In this document: positions 9,030 to 18,507 of the stretch, one piece after another
How positions within the stretch are numbered: the first letter of the stretch is position 1
Layout: the number at the start of each line of letters is the position of its first letter
Source of the DNA: Thermoanaerobaculia bacterium
Lineage (GTDB): Bacteria > Acidobacteriota > Thermoanaerobaculia > Thermoanaerobaculales > Sulfomarinibacteraceae
Length of the DNA stretch: 64,000 nt
Assembly (NCBI GenBank): GCA_027061805.1
Contig: JAMOWA010000068.1
Location: forward strand, 131,660 to 195,659
Direction of reading: 5' to 3'
The notes under the pieces: generated by a model
Told to the model about the DNA's origin: nothing
The model's database searches: none
The model's input: only the letters and a program-made list of their open reading frames with translations
Program-made: the position numbers and the translations under genes

Positions 9030-10937
9030 TTACTCCGGTGCACCGGGCGCCCGCCGTTCCTCCCGGCCGGCACCTCCAGCCAGCCGGTACCGGAACAGGC
9101 GCTCCGCGTCACGGACCCGTTCCTCGTAGTCGTCGGAGAAGACCACGTCCCGCAGACCGTCGGTCACGGGCAGGACCATGGCCCCCCCCTCCCACCCCAC
9201 GGGTTCCCCGGTGTGCTCGTCCACCACCCGGCCCTCCTCCACGAGGCGGGTGGCGTCGGCGAGGGGGATCCCGTCGAGGGCCCTCCGCAGGGCACGGAAA
9301 CGGGCCTCGTCCACGGGGTCCAGGAAGCGCACGAGGCTCCGGCTCTGGGCCGCCACGTGGTAGTGGGAGGGCACGAAGTAGATGCCGTCCAGGCCGGCCA
9401 TCTCGGTGATCATCACGAGCCACCCCAGGACCTCCTTCAGCATCCCCAGCCCCGGGTGCTGCTGCCCCGGAAGGGGGGGGCGCTCCGGGCGGAACCTGGC
9501 CCGGGGGTTCTGCAGGAGCAGCCACTCGAGCTTGAGGACCTCCATGCCGGGCACGGCGCTGCGGTTGCGGCTGGCCCGGAGCTCCACCAGCAGCTCCCTG
9601 CGGCTCGCATCGGACCAGATCCGCAGGGTGTGGCCCATGGGGTGCGAGAGGTCCAGCTCCACGCGGGGGTTCGGGAACCCCCGCGACCGCAGCATCCGCA
9701 GGATGCCGAACTCCTCCAGGGTGAGCTCCAGCCCGTGGCGGGACAGGTAGCCCAGGAACCTGGTGTCCACGGGGATGCCCGGGAGGATTCCGGCCAGGTC
9801 CTCGGAGGTCAGCCGCCACCCGCCGTCCCCCGGCTCGGTGCGGAGCGCCGCGGGATCCAGCCGGGCCTTGAGCCTCCGGAAGTGCCTGAGCACGAGCTCC
9901 TCGTTGTCGGGGGGTTCCTCCACGCGGTCGGTCAGGAGCCAGTGGAGGAACCGGGCGGGGTAGGTCCACGCCCGCGGGCTGTAGCCCCCGGCGAGGACGA
10001 TGGCCACGGGGGTCCGCCGGCGTCTCCGGTGCACCAGGTCCAGGACGAAGCGGTCCCGCTCGAACACCCCTCCGGGGGTGATGGACCAGGTGCCGATCCG
10101 GTCGTCCGCAGCCACGTCGGCCCCGGCCAGGTAGAGCACGAGGCCGGGATCCACCGACTCCACCACGGGTGGGAGGCTCTCCCGCAGCGTCTGGAGGTAC
10201 AGCCGGTCATCCACGTCGTTTCCCAGCTCGATGGACGTGGAGGCCACGGCGGCGGTGTCGCCCCAGTGCGTGTTGTGGATGGAGAAGGTGTGGACCGTGG
10301 GGTCGTCGGCGAAGATGGCCCGGGTTCCGTTGCCGTCGTGGAGGTCCAGGTCCACCACGAGGACGTTCTCGGCGAAGCCCCGCGCACGCAGCCTGGCCAC
10401 GGCCACGGCCACGTCGTTGAACACGCAGAAGCCCATCCCCTGGTCCGCGGTGGCGTGGTGGAACCCGCCCCCCAGGTTCACGCCGACCCCCCCCGTGATC
10501 AGGGCGAGGCGGGTGGCCTGGATGGTGCCGCCCACCATGCGCCGCATGAGGTCCAGGATGACCTCCACCTCCTCGTCGGCCACCGGCGAGCCCAGGATCC
10601 GGGTGAGCGTCACGGCCCGCTGGACCGACTCCAGGTGCCTCTGGGTGTGGACGAGCAGGAGGTTGGCGATGGAGACGCGACGGGGGACCGCGATGTCCTC
10701 CTCCCTGACGAGCCCCTCGCTGGTCAGGCAGGTGAGCACGTGGGCGGAGCGCAGGGCGTCCACGGGAACCCCGGTGAGCATGCGCTCGTAGTCCTCGTGG
10801 TAGACGAAGCGCACCTTCCGCCTGAGAGCAGGCCGGAGCAGTGAGTGCCAGCACCGCCGGAGAACCCGGGCCACGTGGCACCACGCCCCGCACCTTCGAT
10901 GGTTCCCCGGGGAGGCGCTGGGGGAAACGGAAGCCAT
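9030..10937 (-). CDS. histone-deacetylase-family Zn hydrolase fused to a ~280-aa uncharacterised C-terminal region
   Basis: VRFVYHEDYE..., GGGFHHA, DLDLHDGNGT and AGADVAADD blocks give the HDAC fold (~aa 40-350). No family recognised for the remaining ~280 aa. The start is uncertain (ATG 10937 or GTG 10814). Confidence 0.7.
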   Translation of the reverse strand: MASVSPSASPGNHRRCGAWCHVARVLRRCWHSLLRPALRRKVRFVYHEDYERMLTGVPVDALRSAHVLTCLTSEGLVREEDIAVPRRVSIANLLLVHTQRHLESVQRAVTLTRILGSPVADEEVEVILDLMRRMVGGTIQATRLALITGGVGVNLGGGFHHATADQGMGFCVFNDVAVAVARLRARGFAENVLVVDLDLHDGNGTRAIFADDPTVHTFSIHNTHWGDTAAVASTSIELGNDVDDRLYLQTLRESLPPVVESVDPGLVLYLAGADVAADDRIGTWSITPGGVFERDRFVLDLVHRRRRRTPVAIVLAGGYSPRAWTYPARFLHWLLTDRVEEPPDNEELVLRHFRRLKARLDPAALRTEPGDGGWRLTSEDLAGILPGIPVDTRFLGYLSRHGLELTLEEFGILRMLRSRGFPNPRVELDLSHPMGHTLRIWSDASRRELLVELRASRNRSAVPGMEVLKLEWLLLQNPRARFRPERPPLPGQQHPGLGMLKEVLGWLVMITEMAGLDGIYFVPSHYHVAAQSRSLVRFLDPVDEARFRALRRALDGIPLADATRLVEEGRVVDEHTGEPVGWEGGAMVLPVTDGLRDVVFSDDYEERVRDAERLFRYRLAGGAGREERRAPGAPE

Positions 10938-11057
10938 GGAGGGAGTATACCCCGCCCCTGCCGCACCGCGGCACGATGCCGGCGTCCCGCATGGCACCCA
11001 CCCCCTCTCCCGTGCTCCGCTCATCCGCCCGCCCGCGGCCCTGCCGTGACGCCGACC

Positions 11058-11093
11058 GTGTCCGTGGCGGTGTCCGTGTCGGTGTCCGTGATC
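11058..11093. repeat. 12-nt tandem repeat x3 (gtgtccgtgNNN)
   Basis: gtgtccgtggcg gtgtccgtgtcg gtgtccgtgatc in the divergent spacer between the HDAC-family gene and the aldehyde dehydrogenase gene. It would encode HGHRHGHRHG if the long minus ORF were used. Confidence 0.6.
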
Positions 11094-11170
11094 CTGTTCC
11101 TGTCCCCCCTCCCGTAGGTCCTGACTCCCTGCCACCTGGCGGGCGGGTGGGCGGGTCTTTCGGTCGACGG

Positions 11171-11191
11171 TTCACGTTTCACGCTTCACGA
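11171..11191. repeat. 7-nt tandem repeat x3 (ttcacgN)
   Basis: ttcacgt ttcacgc ttcacga, about 75 nt upstream of the ALDH start. tttcacgc also occurs in the repeat blocks at 19765 and 52443. Confidence 0.55.
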
Positions 11192-11264
11192 CGGGGCAGG
11201 TGGTGGACTTCACCCCTCACCCCCGGGGCGGAGTACGATTGTGGCGGGACACGGGAGGTGAGCC

Positions 11265-12692
11265 ATGCGCGAGATGAAGCTCTTCCTGGCGGGACGGTGG
11301 ACGGACGGCGAGGATGTGGTGGAGGTCCGGTCGCCCTTCGACGGCCGCGTGGTGAGCCGGGTGGCCCGGGCGGGCGGGACGCAGCTCGAGCGGGCCGCGG
11401 AGGCGGCCCACCGGTACGCTCCGGCCATGGCGGGGCTGCCCCCCGCCGAGCGTGCGGCGATCCTGGAGCGGGCGGCGGCGCTCATCGGAGAGCGCCGCGA
11501 GGAGCTGGCCCTGGCGGTGAGCGAGGAGGCGGGCAAGCCCATCGCGCTGGCCCGGGTGGAGGCCGACAGGTGCCGGGACACCTTCACGGAGTCGCTCCAC
11601 GTGGCGCGGCACCCGGAGGTGGTCGCCCGGGACCTCGGCGGCTACCCGTCCGGGGCGGGGCGGCTCGCGCTGATCCGCAGGGTCCCCGTGGGACCGGTGC
11701 TGGCCATCACGCCCTTCAACTTTCCCCTCAACCTGGTGGCCCACAAGCTGGCGCCGGCGGTGGCCGCCGGCTGTCCGGTGGTGCTCAAGCCCGCCACGCA
11801 GACACCCTCGCCGGCGCTGATGCTGGCGGCCATCCTGGAGGAGGCCGGACTGCCCGCCGGAGCCCTGTCGGTGCTCCCCTCCCGGGCAGCGGACGCCCAG
11901 AAGCTGGCCGTGGACGACCGATTCGGCCTGCTGACCTTCACGGGTTCCATGGACGTGGGCTGGAAGCTCAAGGAGCTGGCCTGGCGGCGGCGCGCGGCCC
12001 TGGAGATGGGGGGCAACGCCGCCGTGGTGGTCGAGCCGGACGTGGACGACCTGGAGGCTGTGGCACGCCGGATCGCCGGGGCGGCGTACGGCTATGCGGG
12101 CCAGTCGTGCATCAGCGTGCAACGGATCCTGGTCCAGGAGGACATCTACCTCCAGATGCGGGAGGCCCTGGTGGCCGCCACCGGGGCCGTGGCCTGGGGC
12201 GACCCCGCCGACGAGGCCACCGTGTGCGGCCCCCTCATCGACGAGCCCAACGTGGTGCGGGTGGACGGGTGGATCCGCATGGGGGTCGAGGCCGGGGGCC
12301 GCCTCCTGGCGGGGGGGCGGCGGGAGGGGAGCGTGATCGTCCCCACCCTGCTCGAGGAGGTGCCGGGTGACCAGCCCGTGGTGGCCGACGAGGTCTTCGG
12401 TCCCGTGGCCGTGCTCTTCGCCTACGAGGACTTCGGCCAGGCGCTCTGCATGGTCAACGACTCCCGGTACGGCCTCCAGGCGGGCATCTTCACACGGGAC
12501 GTCTCGAAGGTGCAGCGGGCGTGGGAGGAGATCGAGGCCGGCGGCATCGTCCACGGCGACGTGCCCACCTGGCGCACGGACCCCATGCCCTACGGCGGCG
12601 TCAAGGCCTCGGGCGTGGGCCGCGAGGGGCCGCTCTGGGCCTACCGGGAGATGACCGAGGAGCGCCTCCTGGTGCTCAGATCCGATTCCTGA
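11265..12692 (+). CDS. NAD(P)-dependent aldehyde dehydrogenase
   Basis: 475 aa with ITPFNFP, FTGS, LEMGGN (catalytic Glu) and GQSCIS (catalytic Cys) blocks. GGGAGG precedes the ATG. Confidence 0.9.
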   Translation: MREMKLFLAGRWTDGEDVVEVRSPFDGRVVSRVARAGGTQLERAAEAAHRYAPAMAGLPPAERAAILERAAALIGERREELALAVSEEAGKPIALARVEADRCRDTFTESLHVARHPEVVARDLGGYPSGAGRLALIRRVPVGPVLAITPFNFPLNLVAHKLAPAVAAGCPVVLKPATQTPSPALMLAAILEEAGLPAGALSVLPSRAADAQKLAVDDRFGLLTFTGSMDVGWKLKELAWRRRAALEMGGNAAVVVEPDVDDLEAVARRIAGAAYGYAGQSCISVQRILVQEDIYLQMREALVAATGAVAWGDPADEATVCGPLIDEPNVVRVDGWIRMGVEAGGRLLAGGRREGSVIVPTLLEEVPGDQPVVADEVFGPVAVLFAYEDFGQALCMVNDSRYGLQAGIFTRDVSKVQRAWEEIEAGGIVHGDVPTWRTDPMPYGGVKASGVGREGPLWAYREMTEERLLVLRSDS

Positions 12693-12694
12693 TC

Positions 12695-12736
12695 GGGATT
12701 GTCCAGGAGGGTTCGTGACAGGCGGCGCGATCCGCC
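12695..12736. repeat. copy of dispersed intergenic repeat module (ggattgtcca.gaggg.tcg.tg..gcgg)
   Basis: gggattgtccaggagggttcgtgacaggcgg aligns with ggattgtccacgagggctcggtgcgagcgg (18411-18440) and attgaggaggattcgtgacgggcgg (53367-53392). Confidence 0.55.
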
Positions 12737-12841
12737 GTTGCTGGTGGTGCCTTCCCGGTCCGGCCGGGCCGGGCCTCCGGGTCCGGCCGGAGAGGTGCCC
12801 ATGCTCCTTGCGCCGCGACACCGGTCTGGGATAATGCTTCC

Positions 12842-14281
12842 ATGGCGAATCCGGACCACCTGCGGCATCTGGATGCGGGCGACTGGAACGAGTGGCGGGC
12901 CGCCCACCCCACGCTGGCGCCCGACCTGGTGGACGCGGATCTCTCGGGGAGGGATCTGTCGGGCCTGAACCTCCAGAAGGCCCACATGCGGAGCGCGGAC
13001 CTCGGCGGGGCGCGGCTGGACAGGGCCGACCTGACCCACGCCAACGTCCAGGGCGCGATCTTCCGGAACGCCACCGCCAGGGACGCGCGGTTCGACAAGG
13101 TGCACCTGGACTTCCTCGACCTCACCGGCGTGGACCTGACCGGGGCCTCCTTCGACGGCGCGAGCTTCCGTGGCGCCAACCTGACGGGCGCGGTCCTGGT
13201 GGGGGCCCGGCTGGACCACGCACAGCTGGAGAGCGCGCTGTTCGACGATGCGGACCTGTCCCGGGCGAGCCTGGTGGGGGCCACCTTCCGTGGCGCCAGG
13301 TTCACGGGGACGGTTCTCCGCCAGATCAACGCCGAGGGGGCCATGCTGGAGGGCGTCGAGCTCCAGGGGCTCGACCTCCGGGGGGCCGTCTTCCGGAAGG
13401 CCACCGCCGACAATGCGCAGCTCTCGAAGGCGGACCTCACCGGGGCGGACTTCACCGACGCCTCGCTCCGGGGCACCAACTTCCACTCGGCGACCCTCAT
13501 CGAGGCCCGGTTCCACAACGCCCAGGCAGAGGGAGCGAGCCTCGACCACGCGGACCTGGAGAAGGCCCAGCTGGTGAACACGAACCTGGCGAGGGCCGAC
13601 CTCCGGGGAGCCAGCCTCCTCCACGCTGTGCTGGACGGCTGCGTGCTGGCCGAGGCCCGGCTCTCGGAGCTGGACTTCCGCTCACCGCAGATGGGCCGCC
13701 TCTCCTTCGCCTCGGCCGACCTCCACAGGTCGGTGTTCACCCGCTGCGAGCTCCGGAACGCCGACTTCCGCAAGGCCAACCTGGAGGAGACCGATTTCCG
13801 TCACGCCAACCTGGAGGGGGCCAACCTCCAGGAGGCCCGCATGGCCGACGCCACGTTCCGTCACGCCAACCTGAAGCAGGCGAGGCTGGTGGACGTGGAG
13901 GCCCAGGGCGCCGACCTCTCCGGGACCAACATGATCCTCGTGAAGGCCGAGCGCGCAATGATGGTGGGGACCGACCTCCGGTTCACCGACGCCGTGGGCA
14001 TCGACCTGGCCCACGCCGACCTGCGGTGGGCGGACCTCCGGAACGCCGACTTCACCAAGGGCAACCTGGACCACGCCCGCCTCTGGGGCGCCCGCATCCG
14101 GAACACGAAGCTCCCCGCCAACATGGCGCACTGGGGCCTCATCCTCAGGGTGAGCCAGGTGTTCCACAACTGGCAGCGCAAGGCCGAGCAGATGAAGAAG
14201 GCCCGCGAGCAGAAGCGCATCCGCGAGGTGGCCGAGCTGGTCCGCAAGCGCGAGGCTTCCCAGCGCCGTCGTCCCCGCTGA
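12842..14281 (+). CDS. pentapeptide-repeat protein with basic C-terminal tail
   Basis: About 400 aa of near-continuous A(D/N)LxG-type pentads (ADLSGRDLSGLNLQKAHMRSADLGGARLDRADLTHANV...). The tail is QRKAEQMKKAREQKRIREVAELVRKREASQRRRPR. Confidence 0.85.
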   Translation: MANPDHLRHLDAGDWNEWRAAHPTLAPDLVDADLSGRDLSGLNLQKAHMRSADLGGARLDRADLTHANVQGAIFRNATARDARFDKVHLDFLDLTGVDLTGASFDGASFRGANLTGAVLVGARLDHAQLESALFDDADLSRASLVGATFRGARFTGTVLRQINAEGAMLEGVELQGLDLRGAVFRKATADNAQLSKADLTGADFTDASLRGTNFHSATLIEARFHNAQAEGASLDHADLEKAQLVNTNLARADLRGASLLHAVLDGCVLAEARLSELDFRSPQMGRLSFASADLHRSVFTRCELRNADFRKANLEETDFRHANLEGANLQEARMADATFRHANLKQARLVDVEAQGADLSGTNMILVKAERAMMVGTDLRFTDAVGIDLAHADLRWADLRNADFTKGNLDHARLWGARIRNTKLPANMAHWGLILRVSQVFHNWQRKAEQMKKAREQKRIREVAELVRKREASQRRRPR

Positions 14282-14356
14282 GGTCAACCCTGCCCTTCGT
14301 GCGGACGTCTCCCCCGGGGCTTCTGCCTCACCGTCCCCGCTTCCCGATGTCCTCCA

Positions 14357-15433
14357 TCACAACCCCACCGCGAGCAGGACGTACCCCACCGCCAGGCCGA
14401 TCACGAGGTTGGCCGCCTTGGCCACCAGGGCGTCGCGGAAGGAGATGCCGAGGAGGGGCAGGAGCCCGTGGCCGTCCTGGACGATGGAATTGGCCACGAG
14501 CACCGAGAGGGGGACATGTCCAGAGACGAAGAGGGTGAGGACCACGAGGTGCGGGCCCGAGATGGGAATCAGGCCCAGGAGCGCCACGCCGAGGAGCACC
14601 CATGTGCCGTGGCCCTCGAGCAGTGGAGCGATGTTCCAGTGGGCCAGGAGAAGCTGGACCCCCACCAGGGCGGCGGCCGTCCAGGCGAAGATCCTTGGAA
14701 TGTGGTGGAGGGCCAGGTGGTGCCAGAGGTGCTTCTCCAGCCAGTGCCCCGGAGCGAGGAAGGTGAGGGCGATGCCGAGGAGGGCCACGGCGGCGAAGAT
14801 CCAGCCCTCGACGAGTCCCGCGCCGGCGTGCTCCGACCCGCCGGCGGCCGCGTGGATGTCATGGTGGTGTGTGGTGAAGCCGATCGCCAGCAGGAGCAGC
14901 AGGGCAAACAGGACGGAGGCCACCACCAGGCGTGGAAGGAGGGGGTGGACGTGGGGCCGGAGGGGGAGCCACCGGTGAAGCGAGGGGGCCGACGGCATGT
15001 CCTCGTCGTGGAGATCCACCAGGGCGCAGGGCGCGCTCCGGGAGAGGCCGAGCCACTTCAGGACCGTATCGGTGACCCAGCCCCCGGCGATCCCCACCAT
15101 GAAGAGCCCGGCGATCAGGAGCAGTGCCGTGCTCGGGATCATGGCCAGCATGAGGAACGCCTCGTCGCCCGCCGTGGCCAGGAGGGCCGCGGTGACGGCA
15201 CCCAGGGAGATGGCCCCCCGGGAGTAGATGGAGTCCACCAGGTACACCCCGGCACATCCCGGCGTGGCCCCGAGGAACGAGGCCAGCAGGTACTGACGGT
15301 GGGGCCGCCCGGCAAGGATGTCACCAAGCCGCCCGTGCGTGACCACCGAGACGAGCTCCACCACGGCCATCATCACGAAGACCAGGCTCGTGATCTGGGC
15401 GGCGTGCAGGAGCTCCTGGAGAACGGTGGCCAT
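14357..15433 (-). CDS. polytopic integral membrane protein, possible metal permease (family not confidently recognised)
   Basis: 358 aa with about 10 hydrophobic segments and a His-rich loop TTHHHDIHAAAGGSEHAGAG. Confidence 0.55.
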   Translation of the reverse strand: MATVLQELLHAAQITSLVFVMMAVVELVSVVTHGRLGDILAGRPHRQYLLASFLGATPGCAGVYLVDSIYSRGAISLGAVTAALLATAGDEAFLMLAMIPSTALLLIAGLFMVGIAGGWVTDTVLKWLGLSRSAPCALVDLHDEDMPSAPSLHRWLPLRPHVHPLLPRLVVASVLFALLLLLAIGFTTHHHDIHAAAGGSEHAGAGLVEGWIFAAVALLGIALTFLAPGHWLEKHLWHHLALHHIPRIFAWTAAALVGVQLLLAHWNIAPLLEGHGTWVLLGVALLGLIPISGPHLVVLTLFVSGHVPLSVLVANSIVQDGHGLLPLLGISFRDALVAKAANLVIGLAVGYVLLAVGL

Positions 15434-15591
15434 GGCGCAACTCCGAGAATAGCAAAGTGAGAGTGGACGTGCCGGTGGAATTGCGCAGTTGTGGAAGATT
15501 CGCCACCCCTGCTGGCGGCCTCTCGTCAGAGAGGACGACCGTGCCGGAGTGTGCTAGGGTACCGCTCCAGTAGGGAAGGGGGGGCCACACG

Positions 15592-17031
15592 ATGTCTCCG
15601 AGACGACGCGTTGTTTTCCTCGCTGTACTGGGCCTGCTCATCGTGGGGCTGCCCGCCACGGCCGCGGCCGGCGAGGGGGCCGGCGTGGACCTGGGAACCG
15701 TCCTGCCGCTCTGGTCGGTGATCCCCTTCGTGGGGATCCTGCTGTCCATCGCCATCTTCCCGCTGGTGGCCGAGGAGTTCTGGCACCATCATTTCCCGAA
15801 GGTCTCGGCATTCTGGGCGCTGCTCTTCGCCGTGCCCTTCGTGGTGACCTACCACGCCGAGGCCATGCACGAGATCCTGCACATCTACATCATCGACTAC
15901 ATCCCCTTCATCATCCTGCTGTGGGCGCTCTTCACGGTGGCCGGGGGCATCCTGATCCGGGGGTCGTTCAACGGCACCCCGGCCCTCAACACGATCTTCC
16001 TGATCGTCGGGACGCTCATCGCCTCGTGGGTCGGGACCACCGGCGCCGCCATGCTCCTGGTCCGCCCCGTGATCCGGGCCAACGCCCGGCGCAGGCACAA
16101 GGTGCACACCCTCGTGTTCTTCATCTTCCTGGTGGCCAACATCGGGGGCTCGCTCACCCCCCTGGGCGACCCGCCGCTGTTCCTCGGGTTCCTCCACGGG
16201 GTCCCCTTCTTCTGGACCTTCGAGATCCTCCCCGAGACGCTCACCGTGGCGGGCATCCTCCTGGTGCTCTACTTCCTGCTCGACAGCTGGTTCTGGCGGA
16301 AGGAGACCCAGGCCGCCCAGCAGCCCGACAGCGGGCCGCAGGAGAAGCTCAGGATCGAGGGCCTCCACAACGTGATCTTCCTCGGTGGCATCCTCGGAGG
16401 TGTCCTGCTCTCGGGGATGTGGCATGCGGGCGAGGTGAACATCCTCGGCGTCCACCAGCACATCCAGAACCTGGTGCGGGACGGCCTGCTGATCCTCATG
16501 GGGCTGCTGTCGCTGGTGACCACGAGCAGGAAGATCCGGGAGGACAACGCCTTCACCTGGTTCCCGATCCAGGAGGTGGCCTACCTCTTCGCCGGGATCT
16601 TCATGACCATCGTGCCGGCCCTCGCCATCCTGAAGGCCGGCGAGGACGGAGCCATGGCGGGGCTCATCGCCGCGGTGAAGGAACCCGCCCACTACTTCTG
16701 GGTGACGGGGACGCTCTCCTCGTTCCTCGACAACGCCCCCACCTACCTGACGTTCCTGAACACCGCGCTGGGACGGTTCTTCCCCGGGATGCCCGAGCGC
16801 GAGGCGGTCCACGCGCTCATCGAGCACCAGGAGATCTTCCTCAAGGCCATCTCGACGGGTGCCGTCTACATGGGGGCCAACACCTACATCGGGAACGCGC
16901 CCAACTTCATGGTCAAGTCCATCGCCGAGGAGAACGGTGTGGAGATGCCGAGCTTCTTCGGGTACATCCTGAAGTACTCGCTGCCCATCCTGATCCCGGT
17001 GTTCATCCTGGTGACGGTGATCTTCTTCTGA
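15592..17031 (+). CDS. ion-transporter-superfamily permease (type usually annotated sodium:proton antiporter / putative citrate transporter)
   Basis: 479 aa, about 12 TM segments with an internal two-fold layout. The GDPPLFLGFL block is typical of this permease group. Confidence 0.65.
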   Translation: MSPRRRVVFLAVLGLLIVGLPATAAAGEGAGVDLGTVLPLWSVIPFVGILLSIAIFPLVAEEFWHHHFPKVSAFWALLFAVPFVVTYHAEAMHEILHIYIIDYIPFIILLWALFTVAGGILIRGSFNGTPALNTIFLIVGTLIASWVGTTGAAMLLVRPVIRANARRRHKVHTLVFFIFLVANIGGSLTPLGDPPLFLGFLHGVPFFWTFEILPETLTVAGILLVLYFLLDSWFWRKETQAAQQPDSGPQEKLRIEGLHNVIFLGGILGGVLLSGMWHAGEVNILGVHQHIQNLVRDGLLILMGLLSLVTTSRKIREDNAFTWFPIQEVAYLFAGIFMTIVPALAILKAGEDGAMAGLIAAVKEPAHYFWVTGTLSSFLDNAPTYLTFLNTALGRFFPGMPEREAVHALIEHQEIFLKAISTGAVYMGANTYIGNAPNFMVKSIAEENGVEMPSFFGYILKYSLPILIPVFILVTVIFF

Positions 17032-17043
17032 GGGAGGCGCGAC

Positions 17044-17616
17044 ATGGCACGGGAAACCTGGGTTGAGATGGAGCTGAACGGTCCGGCCGATCAGGCGCTG
17101 GGCTTCGTCGAGGGGTACCGCGCGGCGCGTCCGGGTGCCGGGCCCATCTGGGTGGCGGGCCTCGAGAACGTGGACCTGGACGGCTTCCTGAACGCCCTGC
17201 GGTCGAGGCTCAAGATGGAGCGGCACATCATCCTCGGGCGGGAGATGGCCGAGGTGTTCCGCGAAGCCATCTCGCGCTCCCGGCTGCTGGACCTGGAGGT
17301 GGGCGAGGTGAAGGCCATCGACCATGCCGAGCTTCCCTTCCGGTTCGAGTGCTACTCGAGGCAGGAGGGCGAGGCCATCCGGCGGCTGGTGGAGGAGGAC
17401 CTTCCGGAGGACGTCCGGCTCGAGGGGTACGAGGTCAAGGAGATCGTCCGGGAGGACGCCAGGGGCGTGGAGCTCTACGGACCGGTCCACGACTACATCC
17501 TGCGGGGCACCGGGCGCTACGTGGGGTCCGTGCCGGGCATCATCACCATGTCCCGGCGCCTCAAGGACCAGAGCTTCGTCCACCCCGGGAAGGTGGAGCT
17601 CACCTACACCACGTGA
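17044..17616 (+). CDS. hypothetical cytoplasmic protein
   Basis: 190 aa of balanced composition, 12 nt after the permease stop. Its TGA overlaps the GTG of the next gene. No family recognised. Confidence 0.6.
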   Translation: MARETWVEMELNGPADQALGFVEGYRAARPGAGPIWVAGLENVDLDGFLNALRSRLKMERHIILGREMAEVFREAISRSRLLDLEVGEVKAIDHAELPFRFECYSRQEGEAIRRLVEEDLPEDVRLEGYEVKEIVREDARGVELYGPVHDYILRGTGRYVGSVPGIITMSRRLKDQSFVHPGKVELTYTT

Positions 17617-18407
17617 GACCGGTCGCGCTCCTCACCGACTTCGGGCTCGAGGACCACTACGCGGGGGTCCTCCACGCGGTCCTCGTCCGGGAGGCCCCCG
17701 GTGCGGACCGCCTCGACATCTCCCACGGTGTGCCTCCCGGCGACCTGTGGACCGCGTGCTTCCTGCTCCGGGCCGCCTGGCCCCACCTCCCCGCGGACGC
17801 CGTGGCGCTCGTGGTGGTGGATCCGGGGGTGGGGACCGATCGCCGGGCCGTGGCCGTCCGTGTGGGAGACCGGTTCCTGGTGGGCCCCGACAACGGCCTG
17901 GCCGCGGCAGTGGGGGAGGCCACGGACGCGGTTGAGCTGGATCCCGGAATCATGGGGATCCCCGAGCCCTCGGCCACGTTCCACGGCCGGGACCTGTTCG
18001 CGCCGGCCGCCGCCAGGCTCGCCCGCGGGGACAGCCCGGCAGGTCTCGGGGGACCGCTGGACCCCGGCACCCTCGTGTCCTGCCCCATCCCCGCCCCGGA
18101 GAGGGCCGGAGACACCGTACGGGGCGTGGTCCAGCACGTGGACCGCTTCGGCAACCTGGTGACGAACCTGCCCGTGGGGACCGTGCCTCCGGAGGCCGAG
18201 CTGCGCGTGGGCTGGCGCCGCATCACGCGGGTGGTGAGGACCTACGGTGACGCGCCGGAGGGCGAGGTGGTGCTCCTGGAGGGGTCCTCGGGGTACCTGG
18301 AGATCTCGGTGGTGGGCGGGTCGGCGGCCCATGCCCTCGGCCTGGCTCCCGGCGATCCGGTGGATGCGGTGGTACCGCCGGCCGTGCACCCCCCCCGTGA
18401 CTCCTAG
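17613..18407 (+). CDS. S-adenosyl-L-methionine hydroxide adenosyltransferase (DUF62) family protein
   Basis: GTG start overlaps the preceding TGA (GTGA). VALLTDFGLEDHYAGV, VVDPGVGT, TFHGRDLFAP and VDRFGNLVTN are blocks typical of the family. Confidence 0.8.
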   Translation: MRPVALLTDFGLEDHYAGVLHAVLVREAPGADRLDISHGVPPGDLWTACFLLRAAWPHLPADAVALVVVDPGVGTDRRAVAVRVGDRFLVGPDNGLAAAVGEATDAVELDPGIMGIPEPSATFHGRDLFAPAAARLARGDSPAGLGGPLDPGTLVSCPIPAPERAGDTVRGVVQHVDRFGNLVTNLPVGTVPPEAELRVGWRRITRVVRTYGDAPEGEVVLLEGSSGYLEISVVGGSAAHALGLAPGDPVDAVVPPAVHPPRDS

Positions 18408-18410
18408 GCC

Positions 18411-18507
18411 GGATTGTCCACGAGGGCTCGGTGCGAGCGGTGCGAGACAACCTGCCAGGAATGGTGGACCGCACCGCGCGGTCGAAGCGTCATGAATGAT
18501 CCGGGCC
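18411..18507. repeat. two adjacent dispersed-repeat modules upstream of the nuclease gene
   Basis: 18411-18440 matches the 12695 and 53367 module. 18444-18507 is ~85% identical (by eye, one 1-nt indel) to 53472-53536. Confidence 0.7.

Noticed and set aside
12676-12716. thi-box-like string ttCCTGATCgGGATtgTCCAGgaGGG at the ALDH stop, reminiscent of the TPP riboswitch 3' half.
   Set aside because: The 5' half (GGGGUGC...CUGAGA) is absent (ctcaga instead). The tga inside cctgatc is the ALDH stop codon. The related copies at 18411 and 53367 lack the cctgatc part. This is better explained as a dispersed repeat module.
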